This document shows, one piece after another, positions 8,602 through 17,001 of a stretch of DNA of 26,428 nucleotides. The notes below the pieces were generated by a model. The model was not told the DNA's origin. It worked only from the letters and a program-made list of their open reading frames with translations, and made no database searches. Numbering within the stretch: the first letter of the stretch is position 1; the number at the start of each line of letters is the position of its first letter. The stretch lies in the IMG/VR virus record IMGVR_UViG_3300049924_000412, positions 1 through 26,428 of that record; one strand, written 5' to 3'. This DNA comes from a virus. Its lineage: Duplodnaviria; Caudoviricetes. The position numbers and the translations under genes were made by a program.

Positions 8602-10715
8602 GCCGGTTGTGCTCCTTGTGCGGGTTGCTGGAATTCCTGTCGCAATTGCATCCGGCCTTCAACCGCCGTTTGCAGGGCAGACAGGTCGAGACGGCCCCGT
8701 TCTACCGTCGCGCGTGTGCCTTCTTTGATTTGCGTGTTAATCAGATCGGCCTTGAGCTTCTTGATGAAGGCGGGATCGTTCCCGGCCTGCATAATCGCCT
8801 CAGCCAGTTCAGGGCTTTGATAGGCTGTCATCGCGTAATACGCTTGCATTTCTGGCGTGAGGTCTTTCCAATCCTGCGACAGCGAAATCTTCGGCATGGC
8901 GGGGCCGGTTGAGGATTGCTGATCGATCATCTTGATCAGCCCTTCTTTGTCCCTCAGTTCCGTCAACTGAATGCCGAGCTTCACCATGCCGGGGCCGAGC
9001 GTGGCCAACTGCGGCAAGACCGTCAGCAGCATTTCGGCCTGTTGCTCACGCAAGACCGCGTAGTCCTTCTCTTCGGTCAACACCAGATCGTAAGTCCGCT
9101 CCTTAATCGCTTGGATCGCCCCTTTCGTCATCTGCACGACGCGAGGCGCGTTCGGATCGTCAGTGATCTGAAACGACATCTCTTCGGTGAGGTACTGTTT
9201 CATGTAGGCATGGGCCAACCGAGCCCGCATGAACCGCGAACGGCGCAAATTGGAATGCAGGGGGGTAATAACCTGCGCCCCCACCATCTGCTTCCGCGCC
9301 ATGCCGGACCCAGAGCGAATCTCGCTCGGCTCCTCAAGGGCTTTTTCCTGACCGGCTACCCTCAGAATCGCGTCTTTGTCTTCCTGGAGTAGCGCCAATT
9401 GCCCTTGGCCGATCTCCGTATTCGCGCGAAGGACTACTTTGCCGTTCGACAGCGCCCCTTCCATCACTTCCATCAAGCCATCCGGACGGGCTTTCTCTTT
9501 TTGGAAGGCTTCGGGGTCTTCAATCGCGTTCTTCTCAGCAATGGCCTGATTGTTGGAAAGAGCTGCCAGCGCTTTACTTTCGCGCTTATTGATCGCTTCG
9601 ACCAATGGCACGAGGCGCGACGCCAGCGGCAAGGGGAGGCCGTTTTTCTTCAATCCGGAGTAGAACGGCACATAGGGAAAGAGATTGGTTTCGTGTTCCG
9701 ACACATCGTGATGGAGGAGGAGACTCCCGAGGAGTACACCCGTATACATGCGGTCCTGCAAGACGGAGGACAGGACGAATTCGTCGCCAGCTTGCTTGAT
9801 GAGTGCATGGGCTTGCTTGGCATCGAGCGGAACAGGGAGTGCGACGACCCCGTCTTGATTCAGGAGGTAGTAGACCTTGATTTTCCGCTTGTACCAGATC
9901 TCAAACGGCCTGATTCTGGCCCGCCCGCCGGTCCCATGCACGGACAGCGAGTACATCGTCCCCGGCATCGCCTGCTCATTGAGGAGGGACGCGGCGATAT
10001 TGCCGAGATGGGGGAGTCCTAGGCCTGGTCCGCTCGAAATGTAGTCTCGGATTTCGTCTTCCTTATCGGGGAAGAAGGCGATTCCGTCTTCTTGATCCAT
10101 CCAGGACCCTTCAATGATGTATTTCGCGTCATCGTTGGGGTCATAGCGCACCGAAAAGTGGTCTTTGTAGATATGAAAGGGGTTAACCGAGCGGACCTTG
10201 TTGTATTTTTGGCCGAGTTCGTTGGTTGCAATGTAGGATTTGAGCCAACCGACGCCGCCGAGGTTCCCATCCCAGACTTGCTCTTGCTCCTCGAACTCAA
10301 TTTGGTTGAGCGTGTCGTTATGCGCGAGGTAATCCTTCGCGAGATTGGCGACCGGATCATCTGATGGGACGTTGCGACCGAGAAAAGTGACTCGTTGGCG
10401 CGTTTGGATGAACTGACCAGCAATCCGTTCGAGGATTGGGGCCATTTCATTCCGTTTCGTGGGAGGTTGCCCGCGCTCTAAGAGGGCTTGGAGTTCATCG
10501 GCGGTGTAGAATTCGTTTTCGGCGAAAGCGTGATTGATCGAGGCTTCGGCTTCATAGAGACGACGCAACGGCGACGTGGTCGCTTCCACAACAAACCGCT
10601 GCAAGCGTTGAATGATGAGTGCTTCGTCTTCCTTCTTGGCGGACGAAACAAGGAAATCGAGCTGTTCTTTAGAAGAAGTCTTGGCGTTGGAGTTGGAAGG
10701 AGCTGGAGCCACCAC
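8598..10715 (-). CDS. Portal protein, P22-like (705 aa)
   Basis: Size, position after TerL, and motifs LLERGQPP...NEMAPILERIAG, GNLGGVGW, FPYVPFY, INKRESK, SGSG...KQ, YDLVL. Confidence 0.85.
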   Translation of the reverse strand: MVAPAPSNSNAKTSSKEQLDFLVSSAKKEDEALIIQRLQRFVVEATTSPLRRLYEAEASINHAFAENEFYTADELQALLERGQPPTKRNEMAPILERIAGQFIQTRQRVTFLGRNVPSDDPVANLAKDYLAHNDTLNQIEFEEQEQVWDGNLGGVGWLKSYIATNELGQKYNKVRSVNPFHIYKDHFSVRYDPNDDAKYIIEGSWMDQEDGIAFFPDKEDEIRDYISSGPGLGLPHLGNIAASLLNEQAMPGTMYSLSVHGTGGRARIRPFEIWYKRKIKVYYLLNQDGVVALPVPLDAKQAHALIKQAGDEFVLSSVLQDRMYTGVLLGSLLLHHDVSEHETNLFPYVPFYSGLKKNGLPLPLASRLVPLVEAINKRESKALAALSNNQAIAEKNAIEDPEAFQKEKARPDGLMEVMEGALSNGKVVLRANTEIGQGQLALLQEDKDAILRVAGQEKALEEPSEIRSGSGMARKQMVGAQVITPLHSNLRRSRFMRARLAHAYMKQYLTEEMSFQITDDPNAPRVVQMTKGAIQAIKERTYDLVLTEEKDYAVLREQQAEMLLTVLPQLATLGPGMVKLGIQLTELRDKEGLIKMIDQQSSTGPAMPKISLSQDWKDLTPEMQAYYAMTAYQSPELAEAIMQAGNDPAFIKKLKADLINTQIKEGTRATVERGRLDLSALQTAVEGRMQLRQEFQQPAQGAQPA

Positions 10716-10778
10716 GAGAGAGTTGATCCCTCGTGCGCGGCTCCAAGGAGGCGGACACGTATTTAGGCGTTACATCAG

Positions 10779-10807
10779 GAGCTACCACATCTGCTTGAGC
10801 GTGTCAA
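10779..10807 (-). promoter_or_regulatory. Putative sigma70 promoter upstream of the portal/head genes
   Basis: TTGACA-17 bp-(TGG)TAGCTC on the minus strand, about 60 nt before the portal start. Confidence 0.45.
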
Positions 10808-10943
10808 GGTTTTCATAGGCCATGTGGAGTTCCCGAAGAGCGCCTTTCACTTTGCGGTGGGCATCGTGAATGAGGGCCTGCTTCTTCTCCTCACTTAGCA
10901 ACCCTTCTTCTTGCCGGACTTCTTGGCTGGCTTTTTCATGCAT
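10782..10943 (-). CDS. Small hypothetical protein (53 aa, MHEKASQEVRQ...KQMW)
   Basis: Hand translation; G-rich RBS upstream. An alternative-frame 14-aa peptide shares the same RBS. Confidence 0.45.
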   Translation of the reverse strand: MHEKASQEVRQEEGLLSEEKKQALIHDAHRKVKGALRELHMAYENLDTLKQMW

Positions 10944-10954
10944 GTCACCCCCCT

Positions 10955-11281
10955 TCATTTGTTACTGGTCCTCGCTCGAATGGTCTTCTTATTCACGGCA
11001 TACTCAAGGGAGGAAACCCGGCTCTCTATCTCATGCAGGTCCACATTGAGCCGATCAAAGAGCGGCCCTGGCGCACATTGCCGCATGGTTTGCTGCATGC
11101 CCTCGCAGGCTTCTTTCACGAGTGCCACTTGATTAAGCGCCGCACGAAGCTGGTCTGCTAATATCAAGACCGTGTCAACCTTCTCCTTCAGCTCACCAAT
11201 ATCCTGCATGCCGGTCGCCCTTGCAAGATGTTCCCCTGAAATGCTCTGCCCGCAGTGCGCACAATAGTTTTCGTTTAGCAT
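10955..11281 (-). CDS. Hypothetical protein (108 aa; CxxC plus coiled coil)
   Basis: ORF directly after TerL, co-oriented. Confidence 0.65.
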   Translation of the reverse strand: MLNENYCAHCGQSISGEHLARATGMQDIGELKEKVDTVLILADQLRAALNQVALVKEACEGMQQTMRQCAPGPLFDRLNVDLHEIESRVSSLEYAVNKKTIRARTSNK

Positions 11282-11284
11282 GTC

Positions 11285-12904
11285 TCACAGTACCTTCCAT
11301 GATGGTTGTTCATAGCGTTGATAGCGTCCTGGTCGTTTAAATCGCCCCGGTACCTTGGAACAATAGCGCAAGTAGCCGCGCCAGGCCAAACAAAGACTAT
11401 CCGCCTCATTTGGGCTATGCACGAGCGGCTTCACGTTGGGGATACCGGAGCTACTGCCTTTGCCTTGCACCTTCGTGCGCGTGCGTCCGTTCAATTCGAC
11501 TGCTGCCCACTTGATGGAGGTCAATTGAGAGATGAGGTCATCGAAGGTCTTGATGTGGGGATCAATCGCGAGTTCTTTGGATTCCATGAAGGCTTCTCGG
11601 ACTTCCCACCAGAGTTCATCGCGCATTCGATGAAATTCACTGTCCCTCGATGGAGACTCGGCGGCATCAACCCCGTAGCAATTCCGTATTCCGTGTTTAT
11701 CGGTCAGCATCTTGTAGGTACTCCGTCCGAGTCCTCCGGAGTCCACCATGACGACAAACGAGGCATCCGGTCCCAGATTGGCGCGTTCCGCGCTCAAGAG
11801 ATCCGCCACATAATCCGCCAATCGGAATTCATCGACCTCCTCGTACTTGTACTGTGCGACCAATTTGGGACCACGCATCACGGTTACTACGGAGGGATCG
11901 CCGCCTGAGCCGCCGCCGCCGACATCGACCCCGATAGACAGCGCATCATGTGGCTGAATCTCCACCTGACGTTCGGACGCCGCCATCGCGGCATCGTAAT
12001 GAATGAGGGTATCATTCGCCTGCTTGGGAGGGAGGCCAATGACACGAATGCGGACGGTATCAGAGTCTTCCCCGTACTTCTCAATCAACGCATCTTGGGC
12101 GCGTTCGTTGAACCAGACAAACCGGCCTTCACTCGCCAGCTTCTCTTTCTTCAGTTCTCGCGCGTCCCACTGGAGACAATGCCAATACTTGCGGTTCTTG
12201 AGATGGGATTCAGCGGCAAAGCCGGTGCGTTTCGTGGGATTGAAGATCATGATCACCAAGGAGAGGGGATCAGAGAGACCGCCTTCGATGGGCTTGAAGA
12301 CCGGCTCAGGGACGCCGGAGGCTTCGGTGATGAGATACAGCACCCCGGTGGCATGAATCCCGGCCAGGACGACGCCTTGCTCCTCAGGATTGGAATTCTG
12401 TTGAATCGTGCGCGGCTCAATGCGCATGAACTTGCCGCGAAAGGGATCATCCTTCAGAAAGATCCGATCCGCGTTCTTCTCGAACAGGGCTTGCATGGTT
12501 TCGGAGCCCGCAATGACCTTGCTGAATTCAGGCCATAAGGTGGATTGGAGGGTGGGGCCGGCGGGCGCGGTGCAGATCCCTTTCGGGTTGTACTGCTTCA
12601 GGACGAACATGTAATGCAGGCCGATCCCGGTGACGGAACGCTCCTTGCCCAACCCATGCCCCGACATCACCGAAATACCCATCTTGTCGGCTAACTGCGT
12701 TTCCTCTGCCGTCAGAGCGGAGGGACCGACTTGATAGCGCTTCAACTTCGCATTGAGAATCTTGCCGTAGGCGTCCCATAACTTCTCTTGTCCAGACCAA
12801 GGATCGAAATCCTTCCCCAGAAACCGCTTCGCCCAATACAGCGGCTCCTCCATCCAGCGCCGCACCTCCGCGGCTTGCTTGCGCTGCTTCTCGGCTGCCC
12901 GCAT
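11285..12904 (-). CDS. terL: Terminase large subunit
   Basis: DPWSGQ adenine-binding motif, Walker A SGHGLGKE, Walker B LYLITEASG, motif III IFNPT, RNase H-like nuclease motifs IGVDVG, VDSGGLG and SPNEADSL. Confidence 0.93.
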   Translation of the reverse strand: MRAAEKQRKQAAEVRRWMEEPLYWAKRFLGKDFDPWSGQEKLWDAYGKILNAKLKRYQVGPSALTAEETQLADKMGISVMSGHGLGKERSVTGIGLHYMFVLKQYNPKGICTAPAGPTLQSTLWPEFSKVIAGSETMQALFEKNADRIFLKDDPFRGKFMRIEPRTIQQNSNPEEQGVVLAGIHATGVLYLITEASGVPEPVFKPIEGGLSDPLSLVIMIFNPTKRTGFAAESHLKNRKYWHCLQWDARELKKEKLASEGRFVWFNERAQDALIEKYGEDSDTVRIRVIGLPPKQANDTLIHYDAAMAASERQVEIQPHDALSIGVDVGGGGSGGDPSVVTVMRGPKLVAQYKYEEVDEFRLADYVADLLSAERANLGPDASFVVMVDSGGLGRSTYKMLTDKHGIRNCYGVDAAESPSRDSEFHRMRDELWWEVREAFMESKELAIDPHIKTFDDLISQLTSIKWAAVELNGRTRTKVQGKGSSSGIPNVKPLVHSPNEADSLCLAWRGYLRYCSKVPGRFKRPGRYQRYEQPSWKVL

Positions 12905-12932
12905 CTATGACTGGACTCCGGGAGACTCCACC

Positions 12933-13061
12933 TTACCGCCCTCGCTCACTCACCAGCCGCCACCAGCGTTCTAACAGCGCCACCTCAGCCCGCTCCTGCG
13001 TCACGTACCCTCGCCCCAGATACGCCATCAACCACTGTCGCCAGGGCTCAGGACGCTCCAT
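12933..13061 (-). CDS. Small hypothetical protein (42 aa)
   Basis: Hand translation MERPEPWRQWLMAYLGRG...; fills the gap between co-oriented genes. Confidence 0.4.
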   Translation of the reverse strand: MERPEPWRQWLMAYLGRGYVTQERAEVALLERWWRLVSERGR

Positions 13062-13072
13062 CACTGAACCCC

Positions 13073-13264
13073 CTACTCCCCTTGCATGAGGCGCTGCATC
13101 ACCTGCTGAGCGTTTGGCCTCGACACATAGATCCGCTCACCCCCACCGCGCAGCATCACCCATGACTGCCCCGCATAGTCCTCACACACACTCACCGCAC
13201 TCACCTCCTGCAAGCACACCGCCGTTTGTATCCCGCTGGCTTCCAGTACCATCCAGCTCGTCAT
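13073..13264 (-). CDS. Small hypothetical protein (63 aa)
   Basis: Start reassigned to MTSWMV at 13264, after AGGGGTGTAGGA. Confidence 0.55.
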   Translation of the reverse strand: MTSWMVLEASGIQTAVCLQEVSAVSVCEDYAGQSWVMLRGGGERIYVSRPNAQQVMQRLMQGE

Positions 13265-13480
13265 TGTCCTACACCCCTTTTTGTGAAAGAAAAATTTTTG
13301 GATGGGCCTGCCCTCGCAACTGTTGCAACTTCTGCCACAGTTCACTTTCCAGAACGCCTTTGCGAAGAGGGCTCCGTGTAGTCTTTCAAATCAAGCAACA
13401 TAAAAGACTACATGCCTCGTGTTTGTGAAGAGGTCTACTGCGGAGGAGGCGATGACGTTGACACTGATCCGTCTTCCCCC

Positions 13481-14173
13481 CTACCCACCGGCCTCGCCTC
13501 CCTCACTTTCCTGGCTAGCTGGCCGCTCCGCTACGTCTTCCGCCGCACTTCCTGCTCCCTCGTTAGACGCAGGAACAGTATCACGTGTAGTCTCAACAGG
13601 TTTGTACATCCCACCGATCACTGTATCCACCATTCTACTTACTACGTTCAGGTTATGGGTACTCTGGCCACTCTCCAGCCGTTCCTTGTCAAAGCTTGTT
13701 CCCATCATGATATTGAGGGTTTGCATCAATCCAGCCTTTTGACTGACTGTTGCATCGATGGGGAGCCCATCTCTCATCAACTCATCCAACAGCTTGACTT
13801 GTAACGCGAGTGCCTTGCCTTGGACTTGTGACAGGGCATCTACACGGCTGGATCGAAACCGGCTAAGCTCGTGTTTTTCTTGATCAATCGTATCGAGCCA
13901 GGAGCTGATGGAGCTAGGGGCCATACCAAGCTTGGCGGCTATCTGGCGTTGCGATTGGCCTTGATCGAGGGCAGTGAGGATTTGGGTACGGTATCGCTCA
14001 GGCTTACTCAGCTTTGTGCGCCGTTTGGGCTTAGCTGGAGCAGGGGCAAGATCCATAGCGAGAGATGTACTCCGCTGGAGTACGGGAGTCAAGGAGCAGA
14101 GGGGATGCGCCGACGGCTCAGCTATTCCGTCCGTTCTTGTTCGCATCTCGATGAGATGCTGAACGGACTCCAT
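13481..14173 (-). CDS. terS: Putative terminase small subunit (HTH protein)
   Basis: HTH GQSQRQIAAKLGMAPSSISSW, helical core ending FDKERLESGQST, acidic disordered tail; upstream of terL. Confidence 0.65.
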   Translation of the reverse strand: MESVQHLIEMRTRTDGIAEPSAHPLCSLTPVLQRSTSLAMDLAPAPAKPKRRTKLSKPERYRTQILTALDQGQSQRQIAAKLGMAPSSISSWLDTIDQEKHELSRFRSSRVDALSQVQGKALALQVKLLDELMRDGLPIDATVSQKAGLMQTLNIMMGTSFDKERLESGQSTHNLNVVSRMVDTVIGGMYKPVETTRDTVPASNEGAGSAAEDVAERPASQESEGGEAGG

Positions 14174-14219
14174 GAACGAAGGCCCTCTCTTCCCTCAGTT
14201 CGGGTTTCTCTCATACAAA

Positions 14220-14248
14220 ATTCTAGCACGCCTCTTTTTTCATCACAA
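14220..14248 (-). promoter_or_regulatory. Putative late promoter for the terS/packaging operon
   Basis: TTGTGA-17 bp-(TGC)TAGAAT with an extended -10. Confidence 0.55.
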
Positions 14249-14307
14249 CAATCTGCCCCTGTGAGGATTATCAAGAGGTTACGATGTTCCAATGAGCTAT
14301 TTCTCTC

Positions 14308-14336
14308 TTGACTGTAGCGCTATGGTGTGCTAGCAG
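14308..14336 (+). promoter_or_regulatory. Putative promoter giving a leaderless transcript of 14343..14543
   Basis: TTGACT-17 bp-(TGC)TAGCAG; the ATG follows 6 nt after the -10 and there is no SD. Confidence 0.45.
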
Positions 14337-14342
14337 CTCCGC

Positions 14343-14543
14343 ATGAGCAAGCCTGAAAAGAATAGCGCCGCGCAATCCTTAGGCCGACTTGGAGGATTGG
14401 CCAGACGGGCCGCACTCACGCCAGAGCAACGAGTAGCTGCCTCACAGCATGCCAATGCAATCAAGCGTAAACGTGCCGCGCTACGACGGCTCTTAGGGGG
14501 ACACGATGGGGCGGAGAATTCCAGCACATTACATCCAAATTAA
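14343..14543 (+). CDS. Small basic KGG-like protein
   Basis: AAQSLGRLGGLARRAALTPEQR resembles the common small basic 'LGRxGGxARAxxLTPExR' proteins. Confidence 0.65.
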   Translation: MSKPEKNSAAQSLGRLGGLARRAALTPEQRVAASQHANAIKRKRAALRRLLGGHDGAENSSTLHPN

Positions 14544-14988
14544 TAAGCCTGCGAACCAGAGAGAATCCAAGGAAGAATGCATCCGGCGTATCTTAGAGCG
14601 AGATCGACAAGAGGAACTAGCTGAACGCGAATGGCAACGTGAAGAACGGCAATGGAAAGTTGAGTTTAATCGCTGGTGGGAGAAGAGAGTTGAGCAGTGT
14701 AACCGGAATAGCCATATCAGACGAATGCGGTTTGCAGGAACAATTGCAGCCCATGGAGAAGCGGTCAATTCGCTCACACTCCAGGAATGGAAAGCCATTA
14801 TGGCCCGCTATCAGTACCGTTGCGCCTACTGCCAACAGCGGAAACCGTTAACGAAAGATCATATTGTCCCCATCTCAAAGGGTGGATTTCATACCCATCT
14901 CAATGTCATTCCTGCATGCAAATCGTGCAATTCACGAAAGCAAGCCAGGCCCGCATTCCTGTACAAGCCTAAGTTAGTCCCATTCTAA
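14506..14988 (+). CDS. HNH endonuclease
   Basis: CAYC...LTKDHIVPISKGG.H...NVIPACKSCNSRK. Confidence 0.9.
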   Translation: MGRRIPAHYIQINKPANQRESKEECIRRILERDRQEELAEREWQREERQWKVEFNRWWEKRVEQCNRNSHIRRMRFAGTIAAHGEAVNSLTLQEWKAIMARYQYRCAYCQQRKPLTKDHIVPISKGGFHTHLNVIPACKSCNSRKQARPAFLYKPKLVPF

Positions 14989-15141
14989 CTAGAACATTTC
15001 CGCCACACTTGCAATTTCGCCTCACTTCTTCTCATCGCCGCTCCAGTAGCGACGTTTATCAATATTTCCGATAAATACGCGACATTCTCGCCACATGCAA
15101 TCTCTAGATCAAGCCTGTATCTATTCAGATACACATAAGAA

Positions 15142-15193
15142 ATACAAGATGTTATGAGCTATATGCCATGTCATATTACGGCCCAGATTTTGC
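15142..15193 (+). promoter_or_regulatory. Putative sigma54 (-24/-12) promoter with upstream IHF-like site
   Basis: cGGCCCagattTTGCt with GG at 15180-81 and GC at 15192-93 (10-nt spacing). ATACAAgatgTTA at 15142-54 resembles the IHF consensus. AT-rich context. Confidence 0.5.
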
Positions 15194-15251
15194 TTTATCC
15201 TTTTACATGACCGCAATGACAACCGCGAACCAAAACCAAGGAGACGCCATC

Positions 15252-15470
15252 ATGAAGACGGATACCGCAACACTCAGCGCCTATTTTAACGGGGGTTACC
15301 ACTATTGCACGGTCCGACGCACCGCAACCGGCACACTTATCTATGTGATGCATGAGGGGGGATCAGCGTCTCGCTGGAGACATGCCATCCGCCAGATCAA
15401 TGCCGGGGCAACTCCAGCGAGCTACGTATCCTCCGCAGGCGATTGTTTCGAGGTTAAAATTACTCACTAA
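15252..15470 (+). CDS. Hypothetical protein (72 aa)
   Basis: AAGGAG RBS before the ATG at 15252 (MKTDTATLS). Confidence 0.7.
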   Translation: MKTDTATLSAYFNGGYHYCTVRRTATGTLIYVMHEGGSASRWRHAIRQINAGATPASYVSSAGDCFEVKITH

Positions 15471-15504
15471 CCTGCCCGCTGCAACGGGCAGAAAGGCACA
15501 CATC

Positions 15505-16320
15505 ATGAATTTCACATCAAACAGCCAGCTGACAAACGAGAATCTTCGAGAGCTCGTCCCATCCGTCTTTGCGGACAAACCATGGACAGCCATGAGTAGC
15601 AAGTACCAGTTCATCCCTACAATCTCCATCATTGAGGGCATGCGCAAGGAGGGCTTCTCTGTTGTCGCCGCCAGACAATCCCGAACGAAGATCGAAGGGA
15701 AAGGCGATTTTACCAAGCATATCCTCAGGTTTCGCCGGAACATACAGGAGTTGGTGGTCGGCGACATCTTTCCGGAAGTCGTCTTGATCAACTCGCATGA
15801 TGGATCTAGCTCGTATCAACTCTCCTCCGGGCTCTTCCGTCTGGCCTGTTCTAACGGTATGGTCTGCCAAATGGGCCAGAGTCATGCCGACTATCGGACC
15901 CGCCACACTGGCGACATCATGGGCCAGGTGATCGAAGCGAGTTACAAGATTGTCGAAGACTTCCCGGCAATCATTGACCGCACCCAGGAATGGAGAGGCA
16001 AGAGCCTCACGACCGCGCAACAAGTGGCCTTCGCGCAATCCGCCGCCTTGCTCCGATGGGACGAAACGCAAGCGCAACCGGCTCCAGAATCCCTATTAGC
16101 CGTCCGACGGTATGCCGACAAACCAGAAGAGGGCAATGTGTGGGGCACGATGAACCGCGTACAAGAATCGCTGATCCGTGGCGGAAACCGCTACACGCAA
16201 CGAGATGAACAGGGCTATACCACACGTCGCCGCACTCGCCCCGTAACCGGGATTGATCAAGACGTGAAACTCAACAAAGCGTTGTGGGCTTTAACTGAGA
16301 AAATGGCGAGCTTGCTGTAG
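15505..16320 (+). CDS. DUF932/DUF945 (YubP/YafZ-like) family protein
   Basis: PSVFA...SSKYQFIPT, KHILRFR, PEVVLINSHDGSSSYQL..GLFRLACSNG, NRVQE.LIRGG, IDQDVKLNKALW. Start reassigned to 15505. Confidence 0.88.
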   Translation: MNFTSNSQLTNENLRELVPSVFADKPWTAMSSKYQFIPTISIIEGMRKEGFSVVAARQSRTKIEGKGDFTKHILRFRRNIQELVVGDIFPEVVLINSHDGSSSYQLSSGLFRLACSNGMVCQMGQSHADYRTRHTGDIMGQVIEASYKIVEDFPAIIDRTQEWRGKSLTTAQQVAFAQSAALLRWDETQAQPAPESLLAVRRYADKPEEGNVWGTMNRVQESLIRGGNRYTQRDEQGYTTRRRTRPVTGIDQDVKLNKALWALTEKMASLL

Positions 16321-16328
16321 GAAGAGGC

Positions 16329-16397
16329 GGATCAGGGGGAACTGCAATCCCCCCTGATCCTACTTCCCTTCCCTCGGCACACTGAGGGGCGGGAAGT
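16329..16397 (+). terminator. Tandem hairpins after the DUF932 gene
   Basis: GGATCAGGGGG-aactgcaatc-CCCCCTGATCC (11-bp stem) followed by ACTTCCC...GGGAAGT. No strong U-tract. Confidence 0.4.
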
Positions 16398-16461
16398 TGT
16401 CTCAGTTATAGCAAGAGGCAAGAGGAAAATCATCCCTAACTGGACTCCATAGGAGTACATC

Positions 16462-16824
16462 ATGCGCCTACTCACGAAACTCGTCACCCTCCTCCGCAAC
16501 GCCTGCACCAACAGCTATTGGATCTGGCAGACCAGCACGCCAGAGCCACCAGAGGACCATGCTCCCCTCTGGTACATCCAAACCGCTTACGCCAATGATG
16601 ATGGGACGTTTCGCAAAGATCCCGACCGAGGCCCCTTGTGGTCTGATCGAGCCGCCATGCTGGAGGAAATGGCTCGCCATACCGGGCCTGGAGGGGTGAT
16701 CAATCAATGGTCTCCTACCAGCACGCTTGGCTACGGCAAACCCGACGAGGAATTGCACCAATGGCGAGATGCTGAGGGGACCATGCGCTATTTCTATGTC
16801 ATGCGCTATCGGGATATGGTATAA
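16462..16824 (+). CDS. Hypothetical protein (120 aa)
   Basis: AGGAG RBS; co-oriented within the accessory island. Confidence 0.7.
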   Translation: MRLLTKLVTLLRNACTNSYWIWQTSTPEPPEDHAPLWYIQTAYANDDGTFRKDPDRGPLWSDRAAMLEEMARHTGPGGVINQWSPTSTLGYGKPDEELHQWRDAEGTMRYFYVMRYRDMV

Positions 16825-16830
16825 TCTGAC

Positions 16831-17001
16831 ATGGCAACCAACACCACACATAATGTTTACATCCCGAAAGATCTCATCACGCCCCTAGCAAAGTACATGG
16901 TCGATCAAGGGGTGATGAGCATGTCAAAACTCGTCCAACAAGCCCTTCGCGAGAAATTGCAGCGGGAAGGGTATCTGGAGCCGCCTACATCATCTGACTG
17001 A
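16831..17001 (+). CDS. Ribbon-helix-helix (CopG/Arc-like) protein, leaderless (56 aa)
   Basis: Not in the ORF track. MATNTTHNVYIPKDLITPLAKYMVDQGVMSMSKLVQQALREKLQREGYLEPPTSSD. Extended -10 TGGTATAAT at 16817-25, 5 nt before the ATG. Confidence 0.75.
   Translation: MATNTTHNVYIPKDLITPLAKYMVDQGVMSMSKLVQQALREKLQREGYLEPPTSSD

Noticed and set aside
6775-8820. Long plus-strand ORFs 6775..7725 and 7834..8820
   Set aside because: They are antisense to the MCP and scaffold genes and show no recognisable protein features.
12902-12931. In-frame TAG directly before the terL ATG as evidence of stop-codon recoding
   Set aside because: Core genes are intact in the standard code, and TAG ends several plausible genes normally.
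14506-14988. HNH as an HK97 gp74-like packaging cofactor
   Set aside because: It is on the opposite strand from the terminase genes, and the P22-like portal suggests headful rather than cos packaging. Not excluded, but unsupported.
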